64,000 bases of DNA from Candidatus Latescibacterota bacterium (GCA_963707635.1 OY970173.1:2976001-3040000); one strand, 5' to 3'; shown: positions 1 through 10,292, counted from the first letter of the stretch. Program-made: numbers and translations. The notes: generated by a model from the letters alone, not told the origin.

Positions 1-60
1 GGTAATCACGAGTCCGCCGACCATGGTCAGGGTCAGCGCCGTACATACGAATCGCTTCAT
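1..60 (-). CDS. N-terminus of an exported protein (runs off the window)
   Basis: ATG at 60 reads MKRFVCTALTLTMVGGLVIT, which looks like a signal peptide. GGAG RBS-like site upstream. Confidence 0.6.
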   Translation of the reverse strand, partial: MKRFVCTALTLTMVGGLVIT

Positions 61-197
61 TGGGTCACGCTCCGTGGAAGTAATGGCTGATTAGGATACC
101 CGCCAGCTGCGGCCGCGGGTTCCCGGTCGCGACGGCTCGCTCTTCGATGTGTCGGTAGATGCCGCGCGGCCGCCCGGTGGGTGTCGGGACGGGTGTC

Positions 198-226
198 ACG
201 ATAGCACACCGGCCGGGTGCCTTCAA
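198..226 (-). promoter_or_regulatory. Candidate sigma70 promoter for the gene starting at 60
   Basis: TTGAAG-N17-TATCGT with an extended -10 TG on the minus strand. Confidence 0.35.
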
Positions 227-278
227 GTTGAGGGCTTTGTCGTCGGCGGACGGCCGAATCCTGTGCTACCGTAGCCGC

Positions 279-1010
279 ATGAAACCGCTTCGGGACGCCA
301 CCGGCGAAAACGCGCTCCCGGCCACCGGGCCGTCCCACGCCGACGGGCGTGTCACGGGATGGACCACGGCCGCGATGCTCGCAGTGATGTGGGCGGGTGT
401 GCCCTGGGCAGCTCCGCTGGCCGCCGCGGCTCCGCTGGCGTGGGCGCTTCGCCGGGAGCGCGTCCCGCTGCGAGCCTCGCTGGTGACACGCTGGGTCGCC
501 ACCGTCTGGATCGTCGGAGTCGTGTGCATCGGACTCATCGGAGCGCGCGCGGTGCGCACCGTTCCCTTTGGCCCGGCGGGATCCGGTGACGCGCGCGCCT
601 GGATGGAAGGCGCGGGCGAGGCCCCGCCCGGGATATGGGTCATGCTGGCCGCGAGCGCGGGGGTCGCGATCGCCGCGGCGACCACGCGCGGCCTGCTCGG
701 GTCCGTGGCGCTGGCGGGTGTGGTGCTGTGGACCGCGGTGACCGCGGGCGCGGTCTACGTCCGGTGCAACAACCTCTTCGAGGCAACCGTGGTGGCACTC
801 CCCGCGTGGATGCTGCTCTGGGTGGCCGGCCTGACGATCGCACTCGCGCCGCTTTCCGCGTGGGGCCCGCCGCGGCGGCGCGACGCGGGAAGCGCCTTCC
901 CCCGGCGCGAGCTGCTCGTCGCCGCCGCCCTGGTGGCGATGGCGGTCCTCGTCCGGCTGGGAGCCGCCGCCTTTTATACGGAGCTCGCGCGGCGATTGAC
1001 GGCTCGCTAG
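279..1010 (+). CDS. Hypothetical multi-pass membrane protein
   Basis: About 6-7 hydrophobic segments. ATG at 279 preferred over the upstream ORF extension. Confidence 0.65.
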   Translation: MKPLRDATGENALPATGPSHADGRVTGWTTAAMLAVMWAGVPWAAPLAAAAPLAWALRRERVPLRASLVTRWVATVWIVGVVCIGLIGARAVRTVPFGPAGSGDARAWMEGAGEAPPGIWVMLAASAGVAIAAATTRGLLGSVALAGVVLWTAVTAGAVYVRCNNLFEATVVALPAWMLLWVAGLTIALAPLSAWGPPRRRDAGSAFPRRELLVAAALVAMAVLVRLGAAAFYTELARRLTAR

Positions 1011-1035
1011 AGAGTCGCTCGCCGGGTGCGGGGCA

Positions 1036-3264
1036 TCAGCAGCGCGAGTAACCGCACGCGCGACACACGGCGCACCCACCCTCGAATTCCAGCACGTTGC
1101 CGCACTCCACACAGTTGCCGGCCAGCCGCTCCGCGCGATCGTCGGCGGGCGCGGCGTCGCCTCCCGGCAACCGGTCGAGATGAGTTTCCAACGCCTGTCC
1201 GATCGCGTCGGCGCACGAGAGCACCTTGTGCCCCCGGTTCCAGGCCGGATACGGGCAGCGCACGCCGCGAAGCTGGCGCGCGACCGCGCGCGCGTCGACC
1301 CCGGAGCGCAGCGCCAGCGAAACCAGCCGCCCGATCGCTTCGGTCTGCGACGCGGCACAGCCCCCGGTCTTCCCGATGTGGGCGAAGAGTTCGAACGGGC
1401 CCTGGTGGGTCTCGTTGGTGGTGACGTAGAGATTGCCGCAGCCGGTCTCCATGCGCATCGTCTTTCCGTCGACCACCTCGGGGCGCGCGCGCGGCTGGAG
1501 GCGCCCGCCGTCGGTGCGCGGCGCCACCTCGGGCCCCGTGCTCAACACCTGGCGATCGCGACTCCCGTCGCGGTAGATGGTCACGCCCTTGCACCCCAGT
1601 TCGAACGCGCGCGCGAACACGGTCGCGACGTCGTCGCGGGTGGCGCCCTTCGCGAGATTGACCGTCTTGGAGACGGCGTTCTCGGTGTGGCGCTGGAATG
1701 CCGCCTGGATGCGAACGTGCCCCTCCGGCGTGACGTCGTGCGCGGTATGAAACACGCGCTGCCAGCGCTCCGGGACGCTGTCGACCCCGTGCGCGGTGCC
1801 GTCGCGCGCGATGCGCGCGACCAGGGCGTCGGTGTAGAAACCCTCCCGCTTCGCGACGGTTTCGAACAGCGGGTTCACTTCGACCAGCTCGGCGTTGTCG
1901 AGCACCCGGCGCCGGAAGGCGACGGCGAACAGCGGCTCCACGCCGCTCGACACGCCAGCGATGATGGCGATCGACCCCGTGGGCGCGATGGTGGTGACGG
2001 TGGCGTTGCGCCGGGCGGGCTCGCCCCGCCGCGCGTACGTGCTGCAATCGAAGTTCGCGAAGGCGCCCCGCTGCACCGCCAGCTCGCGCGACGCCTCCAC
2101 CGCCGACTCCTGCACGGCTTGCATCACGTGCTCGGCTACGGCCTCCGCCTCGGGCGATTCGTAGGCGATGCCCATCTCGATCAGGAGGTCGGCGAACCCC
2201 ATCACCCCCAGCCCGACTTTGCGATTCGCCTGCGTCATGGCTTCGATCTGCGGAAGCGGATAGCGGTTCGCGTCGATCACATCGTCGAGGAAGCGGATTG
2301 CGACGCGCGCGACCTCGCGCAGACGGACGGTGTCGACCTCGGCGCGGCCGCATTCTCCCCGCGCGAAGCGCGCGAGGTTGATCGACCCCAGGTTGCACGA
2401 TTCGTAAGGAAGGAGGGGTTGCTCGCCGCAGGGGTTGGTGCTCTCGATCGCGCCCGCGTCGGGCGTGGGATTGTCACGATTGATACGATCGAGGAAGACG
2501 ATGCCGGGTTCGCCGTTGTGCCATGCGCGCTCCACGATGCGCGCGAACACATCGCCCGCCCGGAGCGTCCCCGCGGCCGCGCCCGTCCGGGGGTTGATGA
2601 GGTCGTACGCGCCGTCGCCGGCCAGGGCGTCCATGAACCCGTCGGTCAGCGCGACCGAGAGGTTGAAGTTGTTGAGGCGGTCGCCCGCTGCCTTCGCGTC
2701 GATGAATTCCAGGATGTCGGGGTGGTCGACCCGCAGGATCGCCATGTTGGCGCCGCGGCGGCGGCCGCCTTGCCGGATGGTTTCCGTCGCCGCGTCGAAG
2801 ACGGTCATGAAGGACACCGGGCCGCTCGAGACGCCCTGCGTGCTTTGCACGACGTCGTTCTTGGGGCGCAGGCGCGAGAACGAGAATCCGGTGCCGCCGC
2901 CGCTCTTGTGAATGAGCGCCGTGTGCTTGATGGAGTCGAAGATCGACTCGATCGCGTCGGCGACCGGCAGGACGAAGCACGCCGAGAGTTGTTGGAGGGA
3001 GGTGCCGGCGTTCATGAGGGTCGGTGAGTTGGGCAGAAACTCCAGTCGGCGCATCAGCTGGAAGAAGGTCTCTTCCCAGCGGAGGCGGTCGTTTTCGCTC
3101 GCGCCGTAGCCCAGCTCGGAGCAGGACACGTTCGCGGCGACGCGCCGGAACATCTGGTCCGGGGTCTCGACGACCTCGCCGGCGGCGTTCCTGATCAGAT
3201 AGCGCGCCTCGAGCACACGCCGGGCGTTGTTCGTGAGTTCCGGTACTTCGTCGATGAGGAGCAT
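1036..3264 (-). CDS. nrdJ: Adenosylcobalamin-dependent (class II) ribonucleotide reductase with C-terminal TSCPD-like domain and Zn ribbon
   Basis: NSPTLMNAG, LSACFV, GGGTG, TNPCGEQ, CNLGSINL, TIAPTG, KGVTIYRDGSR motifs. Terminal CxxC...CxxC. Confidence 0.95.
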   Translation of the reverse strand: MLLIDEVPELTNNARRVLEARYLIRNAAGEVVETPDQMFRRVAANVSCSELGYGASENDRLRWEETFFQLMRRLEFLPNSPTLMNAGTSLQQLSACFVLPVADAIESIFDSIKHTALIHKSGGGTGFSFSRLRPKNDVVQSTQGVSSGPVSFMTVFDAATETIRQGGRRRGANMAILRVDHPDILEFIDAKAAGDRLNNFNLSVALTDGFMDALAGDGAYDLINPRTGAAAGTLRAGDVFARIVERAWHNGEPGIVFLDRINRDNPTPDAGAIESTNPCGEQPLLPYESCNLGSINLARFARGECGRAEVDTVRLREVARVAIRFLDDVIDANRYPLPQIEAMTQANRKVGLGVMGFADLLIEMGIAYESPEAEAVAEHVMQAVQESAVEASRELAVQRGAFANFDCSTYARRGEPARRNATVTTIAPTGSIAIIAGVSSGVEPLFAVAFRRRVLDNAELVEVNPLFETVAKREGFYTDALVARIARDGTAHGVDSVPERWQRVFHTAHDVTPEGHVRIQAAFQRHTENAVSKTVNLAKGATRDDVATVFARAFELGCKGVTIYRDGSRDRQVLSTGPEVAPRTDGGRLQPRARPEVVDGKTMRMETGCGNLYVTTNETHQGPFELFAHIGKTGGCAASQTEAIGRLVSLALRSGVDARAVARQLRGVRCPYPAWNRGHKVLSCADAIGQALETHLDRLPGGDAAPADDRAERLAGNCVECGNVLEFEGGCAVCRACGYSRC

Positions 3265-3331
3265 GGTTCCGTCCTCGGGTTGGTGGTCCGTCCGACGCCG
3301 CGACCCGCAAAACGCGGCGTCACGTCTAATT

Positions 3332-3349
3332 TAAGATACTATTATCTTA
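3332..3349. promoter_or_regulatory. AT-rich palindrome, candidate operator between divergent nrdJ and HD-GYP genes
   Basis: TAAGATA-CTAT-TATCTTA, perfect 7-bp arms in a GC-rich background. Confidence 0.45.
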
Positions 3350-3540
3350 TTTCGGCCCAGGCGGCCACCAGTACCTGCTTTCCGCCAACGGGTCTCATTT
3401 CAACTTGTTAGACACCAGAGAGATAGCAACGTCCGTCGTGACTTGGCCCGGCGGCCACCGAAGGCGGTTTGTCCTGATTCTTGCTTGATGGCTACGCCAC
3501 TCCGGCCAGTCCCGCCCGCGGACGAGGACGAACGGGAAAC

Positions 3541-5094
3541 ATGCTTCATCTACGCATCATTTCGGGAAACTCGAAGGGCCGGTTCGTCGCGCTCGAACCG
3601 GGGAACCTTCCCTTGACCATCGGCCGCGACGTCGAAAACTCCATCGTTCTCGACCACACCGCCATCTCGCGTTTCCACTGCCGCATCACCAGCGAGAGCG
3701 GACAGTACTTCGTACAGGATCTCGGCAGCACCAACGGCACCTACTTGAACGGCCGCCGCATCTCGCGCGAACCGTTGAGCCCCGGCGACGAGCTGATCAT
3801 CGCCAACGTCGGCATCCTGGCCGAGGCATCGCACTCGACGATCCACGACTCGCGCCCCCCGCTCAACGTCACGGTGTCGATCGACGCCCAACCGAAGAAG
3901 TCGTCGGTGACCGTGTCCAATCCGGCCGAACAGAGCGGCACGCACGATTTCCTCGAGGGCCTCGGGGCCGACCCGCAGTCGGCGCAACGCGCGCTCCAGG
4001 TGCTCTACAAGGCGGACAGCGCGTTCCGCAACATCGAGGACCTGCAGCTCCTGCTCGACAACCTGCTCGCTCTCATCATGGAGAGCATTCCGGCCTCGCG
4101 CGGGTTCGTCTTCCTGCTCCAGCGCGACACGGGCGCGCTCATCCCCTACTCGCGCCTGCCGCTCGGGGACAACGCGGACGACGGCGAGCTGGTCGTGAGC
4201 CAGACCATCATCCAGACCGCCGTCCGCCAGAAATCGTCGATCATTTCGAGCGACGCGCTGGTCGACGAGCGGTTCCTCCATTCCCGCAGCGTCGCCGCGC
4301 TCGACGTGCGCAGCGCCATGTGCGCCCCGCTCGTCAATCGCAGCACCGTGCTCGGCCTCGTGTACGTGGATTCGCACAAGGCAAATTCGTTCACGCGCCG
4401 GGACCTGGCGCTCTTCTCGGCCCTGGCCCTGAAGGTCGGCATCGCGGTGGACAACGCCCGGCTCTACGACGACCTGCGCGGCCTCTTCTATAACACGGTG
4501 GAAACGCTCGTGCGCACCATCCAGGCCAAGGACCAGTACACGGCCGGTCATTCCACCCGCGTGAGCCGCTACGCGCTCATGATCGCGGACAAGCTCGGAA
4601 TGTCCACCAAGGAGAAGCACCAGCTCTACCTGGCCGCCATGCTCCACGACATCGGCAAGATCGGCGTGCCCGACGACCTGCTGAACCGCCCGGGCAAGCT
4701 GTCGCTCGAGGAAATGGAACGGGTCCGCAGCCACGTCCAGGTGGGTGCGTCGATGATCGAGATGCTGGGCGAGATGCACGCGATCGTGCCGCTGATCCGG
4801 CACCACCACGAGTGCTATGACGGGTCCGGCTATCCCGACGGGCTGCAGGGGGAACAGATACCGCTGATCTCGCGGGTCATCGCGGTCGCGGACATGTACG
4901 ACGCCATGACGTCGGACCGTCCCTACCGGAAACGCCGGAGTCACCAGTTCGCCGTGGAAGAGATATTGAACGCGAGCGGCATCAAGATCGACCCGCGGGT
5001 CGCGGAAGCGTTTCTCGACGTGCTCAAGGACATCGTTCCCGCCACCGAGAACGCGCCCACGTCCGAGGTGCCTAGCGGAACTCCAGCTCGCTGA
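3541..5094 (+). CDS. FHA-GAF-HD-GYP cyclic dinucleotide phosphodiesterase
   Basis: FHA: IGR, SRFH, STNGT. GAF: SAMCAPL...GLVYVD. HD-GYP: HSTRV, LHDIGK, HHECYDGSGYP, DAMTSDRPY. Confidence 0.92.
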   Translation: MLHLRIISGNSKGRFVALEPGNLPLTIGRDVENSIVLDHTAISRFHCRITSESGQYFVQDLGSTNGTYLNGRRISREPLSPGDELIIANVGILAEASHSTIHDSRPPLNVTVSIDAQPKKSSVTVSNPAEQSGTHDFLEGLGADPQSAQRALQVLYKADSAFRNIEDLQLLLDNLLALIMESIPASRGFVFLLQRDTGALIPYSRLPLGDNADDGELVVSQTIIQTAVRQKSSIISSDALVDERFLHSRSVAALDVRSAMCAPLVNRSTVLGLVYVDSHKANSFTRRDLALFSALALKVGIAVDNARLYDDLRGLFYNTVETLVRTIQAKDQYTAGHSTRVSRYALMIADKLGMSTKEKHQLYLAAMLHDIGKIGVPDDLLNRPGKLSLEEMERVRSHVQVGASMIEMLGEMHAIVPLIRHHHECYDGSGYPDGLQGEQIPLISRVIAVADMYDAMTSDRPYRKRRSHQFAVEEILNASGIKIDPRVAEAFLDVLKDIVPATENAPTSEVPSGTPAR

Positions 5095-5884
5095 TCGCCA
5101 CGTTCGCCCCGGATCCCTGAATCTCCAGCCGTATCGACGGCGCGCCGGTCACCGCCGGGTCCAGCTTGAACCGCTGCTCCTCCGACGTACTCGCCAGGTC
5201 CAGCGCCTGGGTCGCATCGCCCGCCACCAACCCGATCTTCGTGGGCCGGTCCTTTCCCGCCAGGCGCACGGTCAGCTCGCCCTTGCCCAGCCCGAACGGG
5301 TTGGGAAAGTCGAGGAACGCGCCGCTCGCCGGCGCCTGCCACACCGTGGCGGTGTCGCCGTCGAAGCACTTCCACACGTCGGCGGGCGCCGAGGACTCTC
5401 CGTTGAGCGCGACGAGCCCTTCGCGCTCGGGCCCCATGAAGGTGAACGCCTGGCCCTGGATCAGGTCCTGCGTCTTGCCCCCCTTCATGAACACGCGCAC
5501 GTCCCAGAGGCCGTCGTCGTTGAGTTCCAGCGCCTGGATCGAATCCGGCGCACCGTCCCGGAACAGCCAGTGCCAGGACACGAGGTCGGGCCCGGAAGGC
5601 ATGCTCTGCGCATACAGCACTCCGCCGCTCTTGCCGTCACCCGACTGGTACACCACCACCGTGGCGCGCCGGGCCGCGAGCTGGGCTGGGAACCGCTTCG
5701 CCTGCACGACCCGATAGCCTTTCGCCGCGATCGCCGCGGCAAACGGGGCGTTCTCGACCGTCACCGACGGTTCTGCAGCGACGGCGCCTTCCCCCTTCAC
5801 GGCTTCCGGCTTGGGTCCATTCGACTTGCCGCACGCGTGCAGCAGTACCAGGCCGCCGATCAGCAGCATTCTCCAGCATTTCAT
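5072..5884 (-). CDS. Lipoprotein with DxNxDG-type Ca-binding-like motif and discoidin-like C-terminal domain
   Basis: Lipobox LHAC. ELNDDGLWD. CFDGDTATVW resembles F5/8-type glycan-binding domains. Confidence 0.7.
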   Translation of the reverse strand: MKCWRMLLIGGLVLLHACGKSNGPKPEAVKGEGAVAAEPSVTVENAPFAAAIAAKGYRVVQAKRFPAQLAARRATVVVYQSGDGKSGGVLYAQSMPSGPDLVSWHWLFRDGAPDSIQALELNDDGLWDVRVFMKGGKTQDLIQGQAFTFMGPEREGLVALNGESSAPADVWKCFDGDTATVWQAPASGAFLDFPNPFGLGKGELTVRLAGKDRPTKIGLVAGDATQALDLASTSEEQRFKLDPAVTGAPSIRLEIQGSGANVAISELEFR

Positions 5885-6004
5885 GGTGTTTCCTGTCCTG
5901 AAGGTTGACGAGCGGTGCGGGCGTGCAACCGCAGATTCTGTCGGGAATCTTGCGCGAACGCGCCCGGGGTGTCAAGCGCCCCGACCGCGCCCTCGCCGGC
6001 CGCC

Positions 6005-7624
6005 CTAGGGCCGGTCGAGGTAGAGCATGTTCATGACGTTGGCAAGGCAGTCCGATCCCGGGGTGGCCAGCGACCTGGGACTGTCGGCATAGCCCCAGAA
6101 GAAGTAGACGACCGGGGTCCCGCCGGGGTTGTTGAACCGGAAATCGGCGAGCGTCCACCGGTTGTTGGGCCCCGTGCATACGATGAGGCGGGCGCAGTCC
6201 GTCGAGGCGTAGAGGTTCGCCCCGACCGGAACGGCGGCAATGCTGAAATCGGTGGTCGTCGCCGGCTTGTCGCAGAAGTTGATGGCTCCCCCGCCGACGG
6301 GATGCGGCGTCGAGAAGATGCGCGCGCTGCCGTCGGGCGCGTAGTAGTCGCCGTCGGGATCGGAGTTCGTGGCATGCGCCGCGCTGGTCGCCCCTACCAG
6401 CTGCAGAAACACCGCCCCACCCTTGCCGATCGCCATCACGTTGGCGCGGGTGAATGCGATCACCGCGGCGCGCGCCGGCTCGCCGTCGCCCCAGTTCGCG
6501 GGAAAGTCGCCGGTGTCGTCCGCAACGATGATGGTGTCGAACACGTCCATGTCGCGCCAGTCCAGGTCCTTCACCGGGATAGCCACTACCCCGCTGTATC
6601 CGAAGTCGTCGGTGTACTTCATCAGGGTTTCGATGTACTCGAGTGCGTATTTCCCACCGTCGGTGACGTAGGCCACGCGCTGGGAGACGAACGGGGCGTC
6701 GGAGGTGTCGAAGCCCAGCCAGCCCGCGCCGCTCACGACGCTGACCGTGTTGGTGGTGGCGTTGCGCGGCAGGCGGACCGTCAGCGCGCCCCACGACGCC
6801 GTCTCGATGGGAAGCGGCGTTGCCCCGATCCACGCCCGCGTGCCCGGAAAGTCGAGGTTCTCGCCGAGGATCGTGAAGGGCTCTCCCGGAATCGCCGCCC
6901 CGGGGTTGAAGCCGGTGACGTCGAGTGAACCCGACCCGCCCGCCACGTAGCCGAATTCCGGCCCGGCCGGCGTGCCGGCGGCGAACTGCGTACTCGGGAT
7001 GACGCGGAAGTAGTGCGAGCCAGGCGCCCGCTGGGTATCGAGAACGGTGTCGACAACCGTTTGTGCCCACTCGATCACACTAAAATTGGGCGTGGTACTC
7101 GACTGCACGCGATACCAGGCGGCCGCCGTCGCCGCGTTCCAGGCCAACGAGAAGGAGGATCCGGTGGGAACGACTTGCGGTGACACCGAGAGCGAGTCGA
7201 TCGTGAACGGGTAGGCGTCGATATTGATCGACGTGGTCTTGTCGGTCACAACGTCGACGTCCGTGTCCACGCCGTGGTGCGTCATGACGCCTGCCTCGAA
7301 CACCTCGACACTCACGCGCTTGCCGGTCTCCGCGATGCACGGAATCGAGAGCTCGATGGGTTCGGGCCCGGTCACCGCCGCGCCCTTGACGGCCTCCAGC
7401 GTGATCGCGCCGCCGCCGCGAAACACGCGGACCGCCACCGAGTCGGGCGACGCCGCGATCGACGACGGGACCATCGCGCTCATTTCCGGCGCGGACGCGG
7501 GCGCGGGTTGGAAGTACAGGACGACGCGACCGTTCGGGAGCACGGGCTCGCTCGGCGAGGAGCACGAGGCGAGTGCGGCGGCAAGCACGACCCAGCCCGG
7601 GCGGAACCCGTGAACGCGCGTCAT
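6005..7624 (-). CDS. Large lipoprotein with Fn3-like and IPT/TIG-like domains
   Basis: Lipobox LASC. SLAWN...YRVQ segment is Fn3-like. FNPGAAIPGEPFTILGENL is IPT-like. ATGA overlap with the upstream gene. Confidence 0.75.
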   Translation of the reverse strand: MTRVHGFRPGWVVLAAALASCSSPSEPVLPNGRVVLYFQPAPASAPEMSAMVPSSIAASPDSVAVRVFRGGGAITLEAVKGAAVTGPEPIELSIPCIAETGKRVSVEVFEAGVMTHHGVDTDVDVVTDKTTSINIDAYPFTIDSLSVSPQVVPTGSSFSLAWNAATAAAWYRVQSSTTPNFSVIEWAQTVVDTVLDTQRAPGSHYFRVIPSTQFAAGTPAGPEFGYVAGGSGSLDVTGFNPGAAIPGEPFTILGENLDFPGTRAWIGATPLPIETASWGALTVRLPRNATTNTVSVVSGAGWLGFDTSDAPFVSQRVAYVTDGGKYALEYIETLMKYTDDFGYSGVVAIPVKDLDWRDMDVFDTIIVADDTGDFPANWGDGEPARAAVIAFTRANVMAIGKGGAVFLQLVGATSAAHATNSDPDGDYYAPDGSARIFSTPHPVGGGAINFCDKPATTTDFSIAAVPVGANLYASTDCARLIVCTGPNNRWTLADFRFNNPGGTPVVYFFWGYADSPRSLATPGSDCLANVMNMLYLDRP

Positions 7625-8262
7625 CGGATCGTCACCCCTACCGTGACGCCGCCCGACTCGGGCGGTGGGCCGGACCCGCCGTCGTCTCCGCCCGCCGCAG
7701 CGCCGGCCACGAGCAGCACCGCGGCCGCGCCCGCGTAGAGCCACCATTGCTTATAGACCGGCTTGCTCTTCTTCTCGGACGTGGTTGCCAACGGATCCGA
7801 CGACGAAGGAGACGCCAGCTCCCCGGAGGGCGGGGCATTCTTGATCAGCATTGCCGCGTGTTCGGAGCGCGCCTCGCCGTAAATATTCATGACGTCGAGC
7901 TTGAACACCGTCGGGTCGGGTCCGACGTAAGCGGGGTCCTTCGCTAGCATCTGCAGGAACACGTCCTTGCCCATGGCCGGCGCGCCACCAAGGATGTACG
8001 ACGCCGCCAGGAACTCGCGCGCGCGCGTCGCATCCGCCGGGGCGAGGTCGACGCGGGCCAGGAACGTCTGCAGCGATTCGATGGCCTGCTGGTACTTCCC
8101 GCGGAAGTAGTACTTGTATTCGATCTGCTTGAGATCGTCCGCCGGCACGCCGGCATGAACGACCCCCGGGGCGGCCATGGACGCCAGCATGACCGCGATC
8201 AGTACGAATGCCGTGGCTCTTCGAATGTCCATCATGAAGTCCATGGGTTGCGTGACCTCCAT
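7621..8262 (-). CDS. Exported TPR-like protein with C-terminal hydrophobic segment
   Basis: Signal peptide, YFRGKYQQAIESL helical repeat, PVYKQWWLY followed by a hydrophobic stretch. Start may be slightly downstream. Confidence 0.7.
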   Translation of the reverse strand: MEVTQPMDFMMDIRRATAFVLIAVMLASMAAPGVVHAGVPADDLKQIEYKYYFRGKYQQAIESLQTFLARVDLAPADATRAREFLAASYILGGAPAMGKDVFLQMLAKDPAYVGPDPTVFKLDVMNIYGEARSEHAAMLIKNAPPSGELASPSSSDPLATTSEKKSKPVYKQWWLYAGAAAVLLVAGAAAGGDDGGSGPPPESGGVTVGVTIR

Positions 8263-8269
8263 GCCTTGC

Positions 8270-10120
8270 CTACGGTGACGGCGTCACGACCGGTACGCCG
8301 CCCATCTCGTATTCGACCACCGTCTCCAGGTCGGCGCGGATCGTTACCGTGACTTCGCGCGGCGCATCGTCCCCGGTCATGCGACAGGCGATGCGGTAGG
8401 TTCCCACCGGCAGGACGGCGCCCTCGAACGGCGGCTGTTGGGCGAACTTCTTCCCATTGACGCGCAGTTCCCCGACGCCTCCCAGAAAGAACACCGACAA
8501 CGTCCCCGTCTCGACGCGCGGCGGCGCGGCGCGAGTCGGTTTCGAGCGGGAGGCGCTCACCACCGGCAGCGTGTCGGGCCGGGCCTCGACGTTGGGTTCG
8601 GCCGGCTTTCGATTCGCATTCGCATCGAGCGGCACCGGCTTCGACGTCGTGCCAGTCGCCGGGTCGCGCGCGCGATCCTTCGCCAGCGCGACGGAGACTT
8701 CGGCGGCCTTGGAAACGGCGTCGCCAGGACGAGTCTGTCCGGACGGAGTCTGCGTGGTATCGGCGGATTTCACCGGGACCGCGGCACCCGGGCCGAGCAC
8801 CGGAGGCTCCAACACCGACGCCATCGCCGGCGTGTCGCGCGGCGCCACCGACGCCGGCGATTCCTGGTTGTGCCCGCGCGCAAACCACGCGGCGGCGCCT
8901 CCCGCCGTCGCGAGCACGGCCACCGCTGCGAACACCCAGCGCGACGCGCCGCGGCGCGGCGGCGCCGTGCGGCGCGCGGCAGCAGCCACCGTCGGCTTCG
9001 CGGACCCGGACCCGGCGCCGGCAGCCGCGGGGGCGGTGTCGATCGTCACGGTTCGCCCCGGACCGCCGCTCTCCTTGCGAATACGATCGAGGTGCTTGCG
9101 CGCACGCTCGTTGGCCGGATCGAGAAACAGGATGCGTCGAAACTCCAGCTCGGCGTCCTCGATGTGGCTCCGCCCCTTCTGGAGAAAGAACGAACCGCGC
9201 GACAGGCACTGCGCGATGGTTTTTTCGTTGAAGGAGGCGTCGTAGGCGTCGGGATCCTTCACGTACGAGGCCAGACGCCGGCGGTCGCGCGGGAACTTGT
9301 TCTGCTCCATCGCCGCCTCGAGATCGGTGATCAGCTCGGTCACGCGCGCATAGCGTTCGCGCTCGTCCTTGCATAGCATGCGCAGCACGATTGTTTCGAA
9401 CTCGCGCCCGATGAGCGGATTGATGTTCGTGACCGCCGTCGGTTCGTAGGTCTGGATTTTCTCGAGGATCTCCGAATAGGTCTTCCCCTCGAACGGCTTC
9501 CGCCGGCTCAGGAGCTCGTAGGCCGCGACTCCCAGCGAGAAGATGTCGCTGGGCGGACCGACGGGGCGCCCCGCCGCCTGCTCCGGCGACATGTACGCGG
9601 GCGTCCCCATTACCTTGCCCAGCTGCGTGATCATCGTGATCGAATCGGACTTCTTCGCCAGGCCGAAGTCCGCGATCTTGATCCCGCCCTGGTTGGTGTA
9701 GATGATGTTCCCCGGCTTGATGTCGCGGTGCACGATGTCGAGTGCGTGTGCTGCCTCGAGCCCGTAGGCAACTTCGAGCAGAATCTGAGCGGCGATGTCG
9801 GTCGGGATCCCGGGGCGCTCCTTCATCAGGGTCTCGAGGGTGCGGCCGTCGTAGTACTCCATCACGATGTAGAACGACCCCTCGCTCTCGCCGAAGTCGA
9901 TCACGTTGACGACGTTCTCGTGCTGGATGCTGGCGGCGGCTTTGGCTTCGCGCTTGAAGCGATCGATGAAGCTCTCGTCGGTGGCGAGATACGGGAAGAG
10001 CACCTTGATCGCGACGGTCTTGTCGATCGAGACCTTGCGGGCCTTGTAGACCGCGGCCATGCCGCCGACCCCGATCTGCTCGAGCGAGTCGTAACCCTCT
10101 ATCGCGACGTGTATTGCCAT
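8270..10120 (-). CDS. Membrane-anchored Hanks-type Ser/Thr protein kinase (kinase-TPR-TM-PEGA-like)
   Basis: IGVGGMAAVY, VAIK, HRDIKPGN, DFG, GTPAYMSPEQ, SDIFSLG. TM near WVFAAVAVLA. PEGA-like C-terminus. Confidence 0.93.
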   Translation of the reverse strand: MAIHVAIEGYDSLEQIGVGGMAAVYKARKVSIDKTVAIKVLFPYLATDESFIDRFKREAKAAASIQHENVVNVIDFGESEGSFYIVMEYYDGRTLETLMKERPGIPTDIAAQILLEVAYGLEAAHALDIVHRDIKPGNIIYTNQGGIKIADFGLAKKSDSITMITQLGKVMGTPAYMSPEQAAGRPVGPPSDIFSLGVAAYELLSRRKPFEGKTYSEILEKIQTYEPTAVTNINPLIGREFETIVLRMLCKDERERYARVTELITDLEAAMEQNKFPRDRRRLASYVKDPDAYDASFNEKTIAQCLSRGSFFLQKGRSHIEDAELEFRRILFLDPANERARKHLDRIRKESGGPGRTVTIDTAPAAAGAGSGSAKPTVAAAARRTAPPRRGASRWVFAAVAVLATAGGAAAWFARGHNQESPASVAPRDTPAMASVLEPPVLGPGAAVPVKSADTTQTPSGQTRPGDAVSKAAEVSVALAKDRARDPATGTTSKPVPLDANANRKPAEPNVEARPDTLPVVSASRSKPTRAAPPRVETGTLSVFFLGGVGELRVNGKKFAQQPPFEGAVLPVGTYRIACRMTGDDAPREVTVTIRADLETVVEYEMGGVPVVTPSP

Positions 10121-10224
10121 TTGCAAGGCCTTCCCGAAACGGCGATTCTCGCACCCGTCACGCAGCATCTAATCGATTGTGCGATAACAGGTTACGAGTC
10201 GATAACCCCGACCGGACTGGAATC

Positions 10225-10240
10225 AGCAAGTTCCAAGCCA
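10225..10240 (-). promoter_or_regulatory. Sigma54 (-24/-12)-like promoter upstream of the kinase operon
   Basis: TGGCTTGGAACTTGCT = GG-N10-GC with TTGC. Confidence 0.5.
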
Positions 10241-10292
10241 CCCCGCGCAATTCGGGGTTGTCGGGCGCGACGCGACGCTGCTATAAGACGTC

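Noticed and set aside
1036..3264. Intein or intron in nrdJ; cobalamin riboswitch upstream
   Set aside because: Catalytic motifs are contiguous, the length is normal and no B12-box is visible.
3329..3357. Possible dif site (ATTTAAGATAC resembles the XerD arm)
   Set aside because: Spacer length and second arm do not fit the 11-6-11 dif layout.
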